Positions 25,458 through 34,431 of a DNA stretch of 64,000 nt are shown here, one piece after another. Numbering within the stretch: position 1 is the first letter of the stretch; each line of letters starts with the position of its first letter. This DNA comes from Acidimicrobiia bacterium (GTDB taxonomy: Bacteria; Actinomycetota; Acidimicrobiia; Spongiisociales; ZC4RG35), in the NCBI GenBank assembly GCA_050742015.1, contig JBOGEV010000281.1:6141-70140 (forward strand), in the 5' to 3' direction. The translations under genes were made by a program, and so were the position numbers. The notes beneath the pieces are model-generated. The model did not search any database. It was not told the DNA's origin and saw nothing but the letters and a program-made list of their open reading frames with translations.

Positions 25458-26687
25458 TCAGTGATCAGTTTTCGCGGGGCTGGGTACCGGCTCCACCTCG
25501 AGGAACATGCCGTCCACTCCCGAGACGAGGACTTCCGACCCCGCGACCAGGCCCGCCTCACGGTGAGCGGTCGCCCGCCACCGAGCGCCCTTGACCTCGA
25601 CCACCCCGTCAGGGTCGAACGGGCCGATCGCCACTCCGTGCTCGCCGATCAGCCCGTCGCGGCCGATGGTCCGGGTCGAGAAGCGGGCCCGCTGCACGGT
25701 GGGCATCGCCAACAGGAAGAAGAAGAGAACCGCCAGCACCGAAGGGAGCACCAGATACCAGCGAGGGTCGATCTGTCCCGATCCGTCGACGAAGAAGGTC
25801 CCGGCCACTTGGAGCATCACCGCCCCGAGCGCCGTCAGGGCGAGCACCCCGCCCTTCTGGTAGGCGGCGGTGAGCAGAGCCCAACCGAGGACCGCGAGTC
25901 CCAACGCCCAGGGTTTGACCGGGAGATTGACCACCCCCCACCCGGCGAGGAGCAGAGAGAGCGCGGCGACCGCGGCGGCGACCCCGGGACCGATGGCGAA
26001 GAACTCGAATGAGGCGATGCTCAGACCGACCACCAGGAAGAAGAAGGCGGCCTCCGGTGCCGCCGCCAGCCTGAAGAAACGGGTACCCAGCCCGGGCTGG
26101 CGGAACGTGACAGGTTTGAGCGTGAGGCCGTCCTCGAAGGGCCGCAATGTCTCCACCGTCACAGCGCCTTCCGACGTGGTGAAGGCTTGCCCGTTCAGAT
26201 CCATGAGGTACTGACGAATCGTCGGCTGGAGCTCGAGACCCGTCTCCTCGGCCGGGATCGGCTCCCCGATGACAATCGCTCCATCGTGGTCTCCGGCGAT
26301 CGTCGGGCCCGCGATCCCAAGTTGCGACCCTGGAGAGATCGCCTGATGCTCGGCCAGCAGCACCATCTGCGCCGCACCGCCATTGGCCACCGCCGGCGCG
26401 GGCCCGACCCAGACGGCTAGAGGCAGCGGGGGGCTCTCGATCACTTCCATGAGGCGGGCCAGCGCCTCTCCATCGAGTACTGCCCGGGAGTTGACCTGGA
26501 GTACCGCCAGCTCCTCACCGGCCGCCGCCGCATCTTCGATCGATTCGGTCATGAAGTCGAGGGCCGAGGCGTCGAGGGGGCCGCTGACGTCGATGACATC
26601 GATGCCTTCGATGCCTTCGTCCTCCTCTGCTGCAGAGACGGCAAGCGGCACCAGACAGAGAGCCAGGGCGAACAAGACGCGACGCAC
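25458..26687 (-). CDS. NfeD-family membrane protein (ClpP-class N-domain, TM region, C-terminal OB fold)
   Basis: ORF of 409 aa. It has a signal-like N-terminus and several TM helices. The C-terminus is GVVEVKGARWRATAHREAGLVAGSEVLVSGVDGMFLEVEP. Confidence 0.75.
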   Translation of the reverse strand: MRRVLFALALCLVPLAVSAAEEDEGIEGIDVIDVSGPLDASALDFMTESIEDAAAAGEELAVLQVNSRAVLDGEALARLMEVIESPPLPLAVWVGPAPAVANGGAAQMVLLAEHQAISPGSQLGIAGPTIAGDHDGAIVIGEPIPAEETGLELQPTIRQYLMDLNGQAFTTSEGAVTVETLRPFEDGLTLKPVTFRQPGLGTRFFRLAAAPEAAFFFLVVGLSIASFEFFAIGPGVAAAVAALSLLLAGWGVVNLPVKPWALGLAVLGWALLTAAYQKGGVLALTALGAVMLQVAGTFFVDGSGQIDPRWYLVLPSVLAVLFFFLLAMPTVQRARFSTRTIGRDGLIGEHGVAIGPFDPDGVVEVKGARWRATAHREAGLVAGSEVLVSGVDGMFLEVEPVPSPAKTDH

Positions 26688-26755
26688 AGGGCGAGGTTAG
26701 AGGTCGATCCTGGACTAGAAATCGGCCCGTCTACCGGCCGCTATCGTCATCGGGC

Positions 26756-27118
26756 ATGCCAATGGCCCTGCTCGTCGCCGATTCGGATTGGGTGGTCAGC
26801 GATGTCCTGTCCTCCCTGACCGCAGGCGACTGGGAGATCGAAGTGCTCGAGAATCCCGGCCAGGCGGCGGCCAAGGTCGGCGAGGCCGATCCCGACGTGG
26901 TCATCGTCGACCTCCAGGTCAAGAACATGGGAGGCATGGCCGTCGTGCGGGACATCAGGGCCACCGTGGCCGCCGATGAGACGCCCCGGCTGGTGATGCT
27001 GCTCGACCGGGACGCCGACGGTTTTCTGGCGAAGCGGGCCGGTGCCGATGCCTGGGTGGTCAAGCCGTTTCAGGCCCACGAGCTGCGTCTGGCACTGAGT
27101 CTGACCCCGGCCGTCTGA
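26756..27118 (+). CDS. Single-domain (CheY-like) response regulator
   Basis: ORF of 120 aa. It has LLVADSD, VVIVDLQV (phospho-Asp) and WVVKPF (Lys). Confidence 0.8.
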   Translation: MPMALLVADSDWVVSDVLSSLTAGDWEIEVLENPGQAAAKVGEADPDVVIVDLQVKNMGGMAVVRDIRATVAADETPRLVMLLDRDADGFLAKRAGADAWVVKPFQAHELRLALSLTPAV

Positions 27119-27148
27119 GACCCAACCCGGTGTTGCCACCGGACCTGG

Positions 27149-28540
27149 TCAGACGATGGCGCCTACCGACGCGGGGGCCACCGAAGTAGGGGGGATCGCG
27201 TCGGCAGAGGGGAGCTGCAGCGTGAAGGTGCTCCAACCGGCCCGGTGGGCGTAGCCGAGGCAACCTCCCATCATCTCGGCGAGCTGACGGGACACGGTGA
27301 GGCCGAGACCCACTGACGACGGTTGTGAGCCCGGGTCGTGGGCGCTGAAGTAGGGCTGGAAGATCCTCTCCTGCTCCGATGCCGGGATCTCCTCGCCGTT
27401 GTCCCGGACCGTGAGGACCACTTCACCTCCGACTTCCTCGAACTCGACGTGGATGTCGGTCCCCCCGTAGCGGATGGCGTTGGTGACCAGGTTCCTGATG
27501 ATCTGCCGTACCCGGACCGGATCGGCAACCGCCCGCACCCGACGTGGCCCCTCCGTCACCCGGATCCTCGTCCGGTCCGACTCGGGAAGGACCTCGATCA
27601 CCTGCGCGCAGTTGGCGCTCAGATCGACGACGACGTGGCTGATGTGGACCGAATCGATCTCGGCCCGGGCCGCGACCAGTAGGTCCTCGACGATCCCCGC
27701 CAGGTCGTAGGCCTCCTGGGCGATGGTCGATGTCAGCTCACGACGGTCCTCGTCGGAGAGGTCGGCATGATCGTCGCGCAGGATCTCGGCGAAACCCATC
27801 ACTGCCGCCAGAGGGGTGCGCAGCTCATGACTGACCGAGGCCACGAACTCGTCCTTCGAGCGGACCAGGTGCTCGAGACGCTCGGTCTCGATCTGATGCT
27901 TCTGAGCCTCGACATCCCGGCGCAGCGCCTCCTCCCGGGCCAGGGCGCCCTCCAGGGTCTCCGAGAACCGCCAGTAGGCGATGATGACGGTGGTCAAGGC
28001 CATCACGTAGACACCGTGTAGGAGAGCCCATTCCACAGGGTTGGCCAACGCGGCCGGATGATTGAACACATCACCCGGGGAGATCACGCCGACGATCGAG
28101 TGATGGGCGACTACGAAGACCAGCCCGAATGCCAGCGGTCTCCAGTCGCGGTACAGGCTGACGAGAGGGATCACGACGAAGAAGTGGAAATGTGACTCGA
28201 TCAGCCCGTGGGTGAGATGGACGAGCAAGGCAGAGCAGGTGACGAGGGCGAGAGCGGTCAAGACCGCCTTGTAGGACGTCGTCTCCACGACGTAGGCCCC
28301 GACGATGAGGACCAGGATCAGCGAGAGCTCGGTCACGAGATGCACCGGATCGATTCCCGACCTGAGGCCGATGATGACGAGAAACGGGATATTGGCCCAG
28401 GCCACGCCGATGAGCAGCCTGTGCCGTGCCTCCCAACTCGATCCGGGAAGACGCGTGCCCTTGGGCAGCCAATGTACGAAGGCATCCACCTGCTCCCTCG
28501 GGGTCAGGCGCGCCATCGCAGATCTGGCCGTTGTGGTCAT
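27149..28540 (-). CDS. Membrane sensor histidine kinase
   Basis: ORF 27149..28762; I placed the start at ATG 28540 (MTTTARSAMARL). It has about 5-6 TM helices, H-box FVASVSHELRTPL, N-box IIRNLVTNAIRYG, and G-boxes RDNGEEIP / GLGLTVSRQLAEMMGG. Confidence 0.85.
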   Translation of the reverse strand: MTTTARSAMARLTPREQVDAFVHWLPKGTRLPGSSWEARHRLLIGVAWANIPFLVIIGLRSGIDPVHLVTELSLILVLIVGAYVVETTSYKAVLTALALVTCSALLVHLTHGLIESHFHFFVVIPLVSLYRDWRPLAFGLVFVVAHHSIVGVISPGDVFNHPAALANPVEWALLHGVYVMALTTVIIAYWRFSETLEGALAREEALRRDVEAQKHQIETERLEHLVRSKDEFVASVSHELRTPLAAVMGFAEILRDDHADLSDEDRRELTSTIAQEAYDLAGIVEDLLVAARAEIDSVHISHVVVDLSANCAQVIEVLPESDRTRIRVTEGPRRVRAVADPVRVRQIIRNLVTNAIRYGGTDIHVEFEEVGGEVVLTVRDNGEEIPASEQERIFQPYFSAHDPGSQPSSVGLGLTVSRQLAEMMGGCLGYAHRAGWSTFTLQLPSADAIPPTSVAPASVGAIV

Positions 28541-28680
28541 CGGGAGATCATCGGCGGCCGAGCGGGTCCCTTTAAGGCGCCCGATCGATCCCGCCTGCGT
28601 CGCGAGGACGACGCTGCTAGGTTCGAATTCGACCGGTGACCGGGGACACGTTCGGACTGTCTCTGCGAGAGGAGGAAATC

Positions 28681-30123
28681 TTGCTACCTCGCAAGCTCCC
28701 CTACGGCATGACCCGTCGGGAGTTTCTCTACCTATCCGGTGCAACGTTGTTGGCCGCGGCATGTGGCAACGGCGGATCCGGGACCACCACCACCACCGCG
28801 GCCGGGACGACGACGAGCGCGGCTGGAGCCGGCGAAGCGCCGGCGGAGACGTTCGTCGAGCCCCGGGAAGCGCTCAGTGGTGAGCTGAAGATCCTGCTCT
28901 GGAGCCATTTCGTCCCCGCTCACGACACCTGGTTCGATCCGTTCGTCCAGGCGTGGGGGGAGCAAGTCGGTGTCGACGTCACAGTGGACCACATCGCAGT
29001 CGCCGACGTACCGGCGGCAATCGCCGCCGAGATCCAGTCCGGGCAGCCCGAGCACGACTTGATGCAGTACATCTCCGTGCTCAGCCAGCACGAGCCATCG
29101 GTGGTCGACATGGCCGACCTGGTGGCCGAGGCGGAGAGCCGCTACGGGACGATGCTCGACCTGACCCGGCGCTCATCTCTCAACCCGACCACCGGCAAGT
29201 ACTACGCCTACGCCCCCTCGTGGGTGCCTGACCCCGGTAACTACCGCTTCTCCCTGTGGGATGCGGTGGGCATGCCCGACGGCCCTCGAAGCTATGACGA
29301 CCTGCTCCAGGGAGGCTCGGAGATCTTCTCCTCGGAAGGCGTCCAGCTGGGGATCGGGATGTCCCAGGAAATCGACTCCAACATGGCCCTGCGCGGGTTG
29401 ATGTGGTCGTTCGGCGCCGGGATCCAAGATGAGAACGAGAGCGTCGTGATCAACTCCGATGCGACAATCGCCTCCATCGAGTACATGAACGAGTTGTTCG
29501 CCAATGCGATGACTCCGGAAGTGTTCGCTTGGAACGCCGCTTCCAACAACCAGGGCATCAATGCCGGTGAGCTGAGTTATGTGCTCAACTCGATCTCCGC
29601 CTATCGAACCGCTCAGGACGAGGGCTTGGAAGTCGCCGACGACATCCTGTTCACCCCGGCCCTGGAAGGCCCGGAGGCGGCCGTGGTCGCCTCGCACGTG
29701 ATGTACAACTGGATCGTCCCCGACGCACCCGACGTGAATGTCGCTGCGGCCCAGGAGTTCCTGCTGCACTACACGGAGAACCTGGCCCCGGTCGCATGGC
29801 ACTCGAAGTTGTACGACTTCCCGGCATTCCCCGATCGGGTCCCGGATCTCGACGGGTGGGTGCAGACCGACCCGTTCGGCTCCAACCCGGCGGACAAGCT
29901 GTCGGTGCTGAGCACCTCACTCGACTGGGCGACCAACATCGGGCATCCCGGGCCGGCCAACCCGGCCATCGGCCAGATCTTCGGAGAGTCGATCATCCCG
30001 GTGATGTTCGCCGAGGCAGCTCAGGGGAACAAGACCCCCGCGGAGGCAGTGGCCGATGCCGAGGCCCAGATCAACGCCATCTTCGACGACTGGCGGGGAC
30101 GTGGCCTGATCGGTGGCGGGTGA
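28681..30123 (+). CDS. ABC transporter substrate-binding lipoprotein (sugar-type, family 1)
   Basis: ORF 28636..30123. I placed the start at TTG 28681, 5 nt after GGAGG (28671-28675). It has a TRREFL twin-Arg-like motif and lipobox LLAAAC. ATG 28708 is an alternative start. Confidence 0.8.
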   Translation: MLPRKLPYGMTRREFLYLSGATLLAAACGNGGSGTTTTTAAGTTTSAAGAGEAPAETFVEPREALSGELKILLWSHFVPAHDTWFDPFVQAWGEQVGVDVTVDHIAVADVPAAIAAEIQSGQPEHDLMQYISVLSQHEPSVVDMADLVAEAESRYGTMLDLTRRSSLNPTTGKYYAYAPSWVPDPGNYRFSLWDAVGMPDGPRSYDDLLQGGSEIFSSEGVQLGIGMSQEIDSNMALRGLMWSFGAGIQDENESVVINSDATIASIEYMNELFANAMTPEVFAWNAASNNQGINAGELSYVLNSISAYRTAQDEGLEVADDILFTPALEGPEAAVVASHVMYNWIVPDAPDVNVAAAQEFLLHYTENLAPVAWHSKLYDFPAFPDRVPDLDGWVQTDPFGSNPADKLSVLSTSLDWATNIGHPGPANPAIGQIFGESIIPVMFAEAAQGNKTPAEAVADAEAQINAIFDDWRGRGLIGGG

Positions 30124-30130
30124 CCGAAGA

Positions 30131-30189
30131 CCGTTTTCTCCCCCAGAAGGTGGGAGTACCGCCGAAAGCGGGGAGGAGGGTTCTTGGGG
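30131..30189 (+). repeat. Copy B of the dispersed hairpin repeat, within a highly structured SBP-ATPase intercistronic spacer
   Basis: CGTTTTCTCCCCCagaaGGTGGGAGTACCGCcgaaaGCGGGGAGGAGGGTTCTTGGGG. It is followed by GGGAGG..CCCTCCC and the 10-bp palindrome GGGGATCCCC (to about 30215). Confidence 0.55.
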
Positions 30190-30242
30190 CTCCCTCCCGC
30201 GCGGGGGATCCCCGGGCCGGCCTTGGTCCTAGGGTCAGGTAG

Positions 30243-31271
30243 ATGGCGGTAGTCGAGGTCCGCGACCTGTCCAAGCACTTCGGCGACGTCGTCGCCGTCG
30301 ACGCCATCGACCTACTGTCCGAGGAGGGCGAGTTCCTCGTCCTCCTCGGTCCGTCCGGATGCGGGAAGACCACACTCCTGCGAATGATCGCCGGCCTCGA
30401 ACAGCCGACGGAAGGTCAGATCCTCCTCGGAGGAGAAGACGTGAGCGGTTTGCCGCCGAGGGCGCGGCGGGTGGCCATGGTCTTTCAGTCGTATGCCCTC
30501 TACCCCCACATGACGGTGTCGAACAACATCGCCTTTCCCCTCAAGGCGCAAGGGGTGGAGACTGGCGAGCGAGAGAGGCGAGTGAAATGGGCCGCCGGCC
30601 TCTTCGGCATCGATCACCTGCTCCATCGTCGCCCCCGCCAACTGTCGGGTGGGGAGAGACAACGGGTCGCGCTCGCCCGTGCCCTGGTTCGGGAGCCCAC
30701 CGTGTTCCTCCTCGATGAGCCGTTGTCCAACCTCGACGCCAAGCTCAGGGCGGCCGCCCGCGACGACCTGATGGAGTTCCAGCGCCAGATCGGGATCACC
30801 ACCATCTATGTGACCCACGATCAAGTCGAGGCCATGGGGATGGGTGATCGCATCGCCGTGATGGACCACGGCAAGATTCGCCAACTGGGGACCCCCGAGG
30901 AGGTCTATCACCACCCGGCAGACGTGTTCGTCGCCACCTTCCTCGGGTCGCCCCCGATGAACCTGCTCGAGGCAACCGGCTTTCTCCTCGGCTTCAGACC
31001 CGAGCAGCTCCTCCCCGAGGGCATTGTCCATGACGACAACGACCGGGTCCCGTTCACCTTCCATGTCAACCGGGTCGAGTACCTGGGATCGGAGCGCTAC
31101 CTCTACGGGCACATCCGCGAGTACGACGAGACCAAGATCATCGCCATGCTCCCCGCCACGGTCTCGTTGCCCATCGAGGCGGACCGGGATCACAACTTCT
31201 CGGTGTCGCGGCGCCAGATCCGGTTCTTCGACCGGGAGACCGGCGTCAAGCTCCCTCCCCAGGCATTTTGA
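30243..31271 (+). CDS. ABC transporter ATP-binding protein (MalK/UgpC type with C-terminal regulatory domain)
   Basis: ORF of 342 aa. It has [26 protein letters not shown] and LLDEPLSNLD. Confidence 0.9.
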   Translation: MAVVEVRDLSKHFGDVVAVDAIDLLSEEGEFLVLLGPSGCGKTTLLRMIAGLEQPTEGQILLGGEDVSGLPPRARRVAMVFQSYALYPHMTVSNNIAFPLKAQGVETGERERRVKWAAGLFGIDHLLHRRPRQLSGGERQRVALARALVREPTVFLLDEPLSNLDAKLRAAARDDLMEFQRQIGITTIYVTHDQVEAMGMGDRIAVMDHGKIRQLGTPEEVYHHPADVFVATFLGSPPMNLLEATGFLLGFRPEQLLPEGIVHDDNDRVPFTFHVNRVEYLGSERYLYGHIREYDETKIIAMLPATVSLPIEADRDHNFSVSRRQIRFFDRETGVKLPPQAF

Positions 31272-32182
31272 TGTCATCGGCCACCGAGACCCGGCCCCCT
31301 CGTTACCTCTCCGACAACCCAGGGTTCCTGGCCGGTCTGTTCATGTCGCCGGCGGTGCTCTACATCCTGGCCCTGGTCGGGTTCCCCTTCATCCTCGCCA
31401 TCGTCTACTCCTTCACCGACATCAGCACGGGCAACCCGGAGCTCGATTTCGTCGGGCTGGACACCTTCCGCGCCGTCCTGGCCGACCCCGTCTTTCGCCA
31501 GGCATTGTGGAACACGTTCTGGTTCGCCATCGTCGCCAACCTGCTGGTCGTGGTGTTCGCCACGGGCCTGTCCGAGGTGCTGATAAGGGATTTCAAAGGG
31601 AAGTGGCTGGTCAGGTTCCTGGTCCTCCTGCCCTGGGTGGCCCCGGTCTCGCTGGCCGCGGTCACCTGGCTGTGGACCTTGGACTCGATCTTCTCTCCCA
31701 TCGACTGGGTCCTGCGCGAGTTGGGCCTGATCACCGAGAACATGTATTGGCTGGGGAGACCCGGCCTGGCCCGTCTCTCGGTGGTCGCAGTACAGGCCTG
31801 GCGGGTGATCCCCCTGGCGGCGGTGATCATCATGGCGGGCCGCATGGCCATCCCGGGCGAGATCGACGACGCGGTTGCAGTCGACGGCGCGGGCACGTGG
31901 CGAAGGATGTTCCAGGTCACGATCCCGCTGCTGGCCCCGATCATCGCCGTGGCCGTCCTGTTCGGCGTGATCCTCACCATCTCCGACATGAGCGTCGTTT
32001 ATGTCTTGACCAGGGGCGGGCCCACCAACTCCACCCAGGTCTTGTCCACCTGGGCCTTCATCAAGGGGATCGAGGGTGGTGCCCTGGGTCAGGGGGCCGC
32101 GGTGGCCTTGTTCCTGCTCCCCGTCCTGATCGCGATCACCGCGGTCGTGTTGCGCCTGGCCCGGCGCCGCGAGGTGTTGTGA
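31268..32182 (+). CDS. ABC transporter permease (MalF/UgpA-like)
   Basis: ORF of 304 aa with 6 predicted TM segments and an EAA-like loop (IDDAVAVDGAGTWRRMFQVTIPLL). It overlaps the ATPase stop by 4 nt. Confidence 0.85.
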   Translation: MMSSATETRPPRYLSDNPGFLAGLFMSPAVLYILALVGFPFILAIVYSFTDISTGNPELDFVGLDTFRAVLADPVFRQALWNTFWFAIVANLLVVVFATGLSEVLIRDFKGKWLVRFLVLLPWVAPVSLAAVTWLWTLDSIFSPIDWVLRELGLITENMYWLGRPGLARLSVVAVQAWRVIPLAAVIIMAGRMAIPGEIDDAVAVDGAGTWRRMFQVTIPLLAPIIAVAVLFGVILTISDMSVVYVLTRGGPTNSTQVLSTWAFIKGIEGGALGQGAAVALFLLPVLIAITAVVLRLARRREVL

Positions 32183-32442
32183 TGAACGAGAACACGCGAA
32201 TCTCGCTCGACGCGACCAGCGCCACTGACCGCCCCAACCTCCCGGCAGGGAAACCCAGGACGCGAATCTCGCTCGACGCGACCAGCGCCACTGACCGCCC
32301 CAATCTCCCGGCAGGGAAACCAAGGACGCGAATCTCGCTCGACGCGACCAGCGCCACTGACCGCCCCAATCTCCTGGCACCCTGGCGGCGAAGCGAGCGG
32401 GGGTCTGGGGGTCGCCCCCCAGAAGTGACCGTCTTCTCATGA
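32182..32442 (+). CDS. Hypothetical 86-codon ORF composed mostly of the 22-codon tandem repeat; translationally coupled at both ends
   Basis: ATG 32182 shares one nucleotide with the upstream TGA (TGATG). Its own TGA (32440-32442) overlaps the downstream ATG 32439 (ATGA). Peptide: MNENTRISLDATSATDRPNLPAGKPR x about 3 ...RPPEVTVFS. Third-codon positions are mostly G/C. Whether it is translated is unknown. Confidence 0.3.
   Translation: MNENTRISLDATSATDRPNLPAGKPRTRISLDATSATDRPNLPAGKPRTRISLDATSATDRPNLLAPWRRSERGSGGRPPEVTVFS
32194..32385 (+). repeat. 66-bp direct tandem repeat, about 2.9 copies (MIRU-like intercistronic VNTR)
   Basis: Units start at 32194, 32260 and 32326 (period 66). Unit: ACGCGAATCTCGCTCGACGCGACCAGCGCCACTGACCGCCCCAA(C/T)CTCCCGGCAGGGAAACC(C/A)AGG. 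Copies 1 and 2 differ at 2 positions. Copy 3 diverges near its end. Confidence 0.95.
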
Positions 32443-33323
32443 CCTGGGCCGACACCGACGTTCAGGCGCTGCATCGCAAGGCGGACCGTCGACGCCGGCT
32501 CGGGAGATTCGGGCTATACGTCTCTGCGATCCTCTTCGCCTTCGTTGCCGTGTTCCCCTTCAGCTGGGCCCTGATCAGCATGTTCAAGCAGTCGAGCGAC
32601 CTCTACGTCAAGGACAACAACCCGTTCTGGTTCAACGAGCCCCCGACGCTCGAGCACATCGAGCTCCTCTTCAACGGGACCAACTACCTGACATTCCTCA
32701 GGAACACCATCATCGTCGGGCTCACGGTCACTGCCATCACCCTGCTCCTGGCGCTGCCGGCCGCCTACGCCTTGGCCCGCCTCCATCTCCTTTGGGGGGA
32801 GCGGATGGGGATCGCCATCTTCCTCGTCTACCTGATCCCGGCCACCCTGCTCTTCATCCCGATGACCCGGGTGATCACCAACCTCGGGCTCCAGGAGAGC
32901 CTCTGGTCATTGATCGTGGTCTACCCCACCATCACCATCCCGATCTCGGCGTGGTTGCTCATGGGCTTCTTCAAGGGCATTCCCATGGACATCGAGGAGC
33001 AGGCGATGGTCGACGGCCACAGCCGGATCGGCGCCATCACCCGGGTGGTCCTGCCCCTGATGTTCCCCGGGATCGTGGCCGTGGTCGTCTTCGCTTTCAC
33101 CCTCTCCGCCCACGAGTTCATCTACGCCCTGTCGTTCAACAAGTCTTCGGCGGTGAAGACGATCGCCACCGGAGTCCCCACCGAGCTGATACGCGGCGAT
33201 GTCTTCTTCTGGCAGTCGCTGCAGGCTGCAGTGATCATCTTCGCCGTGCCGATCGCCCTGGTGTTCAACGCCTTCCTCGACCGGTTCATCACCGGGTTCA
33301 CCATGGGGGCGGTCAAGGGCTGA
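32439..33323 (+). CDS. ABC transporter permease (MalG/UgpE-like)
   Basis: ORF of 294 aa with 6 TM segments and an EAA loop (IEEQAMVDGHSRIGAITRVVLPLM). Confidence 0.85.
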   Translation: MTWADTDVQALHRKADRRRRLGRFGLYVSAILFAFVAVFPFSWALISMFKQSSDLYVKDNNPFWFNEPPTLEHIELLFNGTNYLTFLRNTIIVGLTVTAITLLLALPAAYALARLHLLWGERMGIAIFLVYLIPATLLFIPMTRVITNLGLQESLWSLIVVYPTITIPISAWLLMGFFKGIPMDIEEQAMVDGHSRIGAITRVVLPLMFPGIVAVVVFAFTLSAHEFIYALSFNKSSAVKTIATGVPTELIRGDVFFWQSLQAAVIIFAVPIALVFNAFLDRFITGFTMGAVKG

Positions 33324-33339
33324 GGACGAACCCCGCCGG

Positions 33340-34275
33340 TCAGTCCAGGCCGTCGCCTACGTCGCGTCCCTCCGGCTCCAGCTCGCGTCCCGATGCCTTG
33401 GCCTCCTTGGTCAGGAGCGAGGCGAAGTCCTGGTCGCCATAACCCTGCCCGATCCCATCAACCACGATCTGGTGGACCAGGGCCGCGGTGGGCAGTGGCA
33501 CGTCGAGATCGCGCCCGCTGGCCAGACCGAGCTCGAAGTCCTTGCGAAGAAGGTGCCAGGTGAAGCTGGGGGTGTAGTCCAGGTTGACCAGGGCCGGTGT
33601 CTTGTATCTGGTGAAGGTCGAGCCCATGACGCTGTCGTTGAGGAACTCGAGGAAGTCGGCCCGGGTCACTCCCGCCGCTTCGGCCAGGACCGTGATCTCG
33701 GCCAGTGTCTCGGCCACTATGCCCAGCATCAGGTTGTGGCAGATCTTCACCAGCCTCGCCTCGTCGCCCTCCCCCACATAGGTCACCTTGCGCCCGAACA
33801 AGTCCAGATAGGGGCGGGCCACGTCGAATGCCGCCTTGGGCCCGGAGACCACCGCGGTCAGTCTCCCTGACTTGACGACATTGGGGTTGCCCGAGACCGG
33901 GGCGGCGAGGATGTCGACCCCGAGCTCGGCGGCCCGGGTCTCCAGCACCTGGGAGGTTGCAGGGTCGATGGTGGTGGCATCGACCACCATCCGTGGACGA
34001 GCGTCACTCCTCGTGAGCACACCGCCTTCGCCAATCGTCACCGCGAGGACATCGGCCGGACCGCCGACCATGGTGAAAACGATGTCACGCTCCGCCAGAT
34101 CGGCCGGGGAGTCGACGATCTTGGCCCCCTTCTCGACAAGGGGCTCCGCCTTGGACCGGGTTCGGTTGTAGGCCCACAGGTCGACACCCGCATCGAGCAT
34201 GCGGGCGGCGATGGCACTACCCATCCGTCCGGTTCCGATCCATCCGACGGTGAGTCGGAGATCTCCTTCGACCAC
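33340..34275 (-). CDS. NAD(P)-dependent oxidoreductase, 3-hydroxyisobutyrate/6-phosphogluconate dehydrogenase-like
   Basis: ORF 33340..34377. I placed the start at GTG 34275, after AGGAGAACAGCC. It has the VGWIGTGRMGSAIAARM Rossmann motif. Confidence 0.8.
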   Translation of the reverse strand: MVEGDLRLTVGWIGTGRMGSAIAARMLDAGVDLWAYNRTRSKAEPLVEKGAKIVDSPADLAERDIVFTMVGGPADVLAVTIGEGGVLTRSDARPRMVVDATTIDPATSQVLETRAAELGVDILAAPVSGNPNVVKSGRLTAVVSGPKAAFDVARPYLDLFGRKVTYVGEGDEARLVKICHNLMLGIVAETLAEITVLAEAAGVTRADFLEFLNDSVMGSTFTRYKTPALVNLDYTPSFTWHLLRKDFELGLASGRDLDVPLPTAALVHQIVVDGIGQGYGDQDFASLLTKEAKASGRELEPEGRDVGDGLD

Positions 34276-34335
34276 GGCTGTTCTCCTCTCTCGTCGGCCA
34301 GATCGCAGCCTTTCAGAATCCGCCGATCGAGCCCA

Positions 34336-34347
34336 GCAAACGATTGT
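34336..34347. promoter_or_regulatory. LacI-type operator candidate GCAAACGATTGT
   Basis: Palindromic half-sites around a central CG, in the divergent gap between the 34275 (-) and 34432 (+) gene starts. One of 8 related sites. Confidence 0.55.
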
Positions 34348-34431
34348 ATTCTCCCGTCGCCTGCCTTCCACTGTCAAGCCGACCTGATCGCCCCCCGGGG
34401 TGAAGGCCCCGGAAATGCCAGGTCGGTACCA

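Noticed and set aside
28623-28632. Palindrome TCGAATTCGA upstream of the ABC substrate-binding gene, as a further island operator
   Set aside because: It has a central AATT rather than the CG core and no resemblance to the RCAAWCGWTTGY sites. It is a single occurrence and short enough to be chance. I found no island-type operator upstream of the sugar ABC operon.
31024-32181. The long + ORF 31024..32442 (472 aa) that contains the repeat peptide at its C-terminus
   Set aside because: Upstream of 32182 it runs out of frame through the ATPase and permease genes, which have clear motifs in their own frames, and its translation is Arg/Pro/Gly-rich junk. Only the last 86 codons (32182-32442) are considered, and with low confidence.
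32194-32385. CRISPR array?
   Set aside because: The 66-bp units are directly abutting with no unique spacers, there are no cas genes, and the element is in frame between two permease genes. The same reasoning applies to the 15-bp PINSI repeats at 11939-12117, which are coding.
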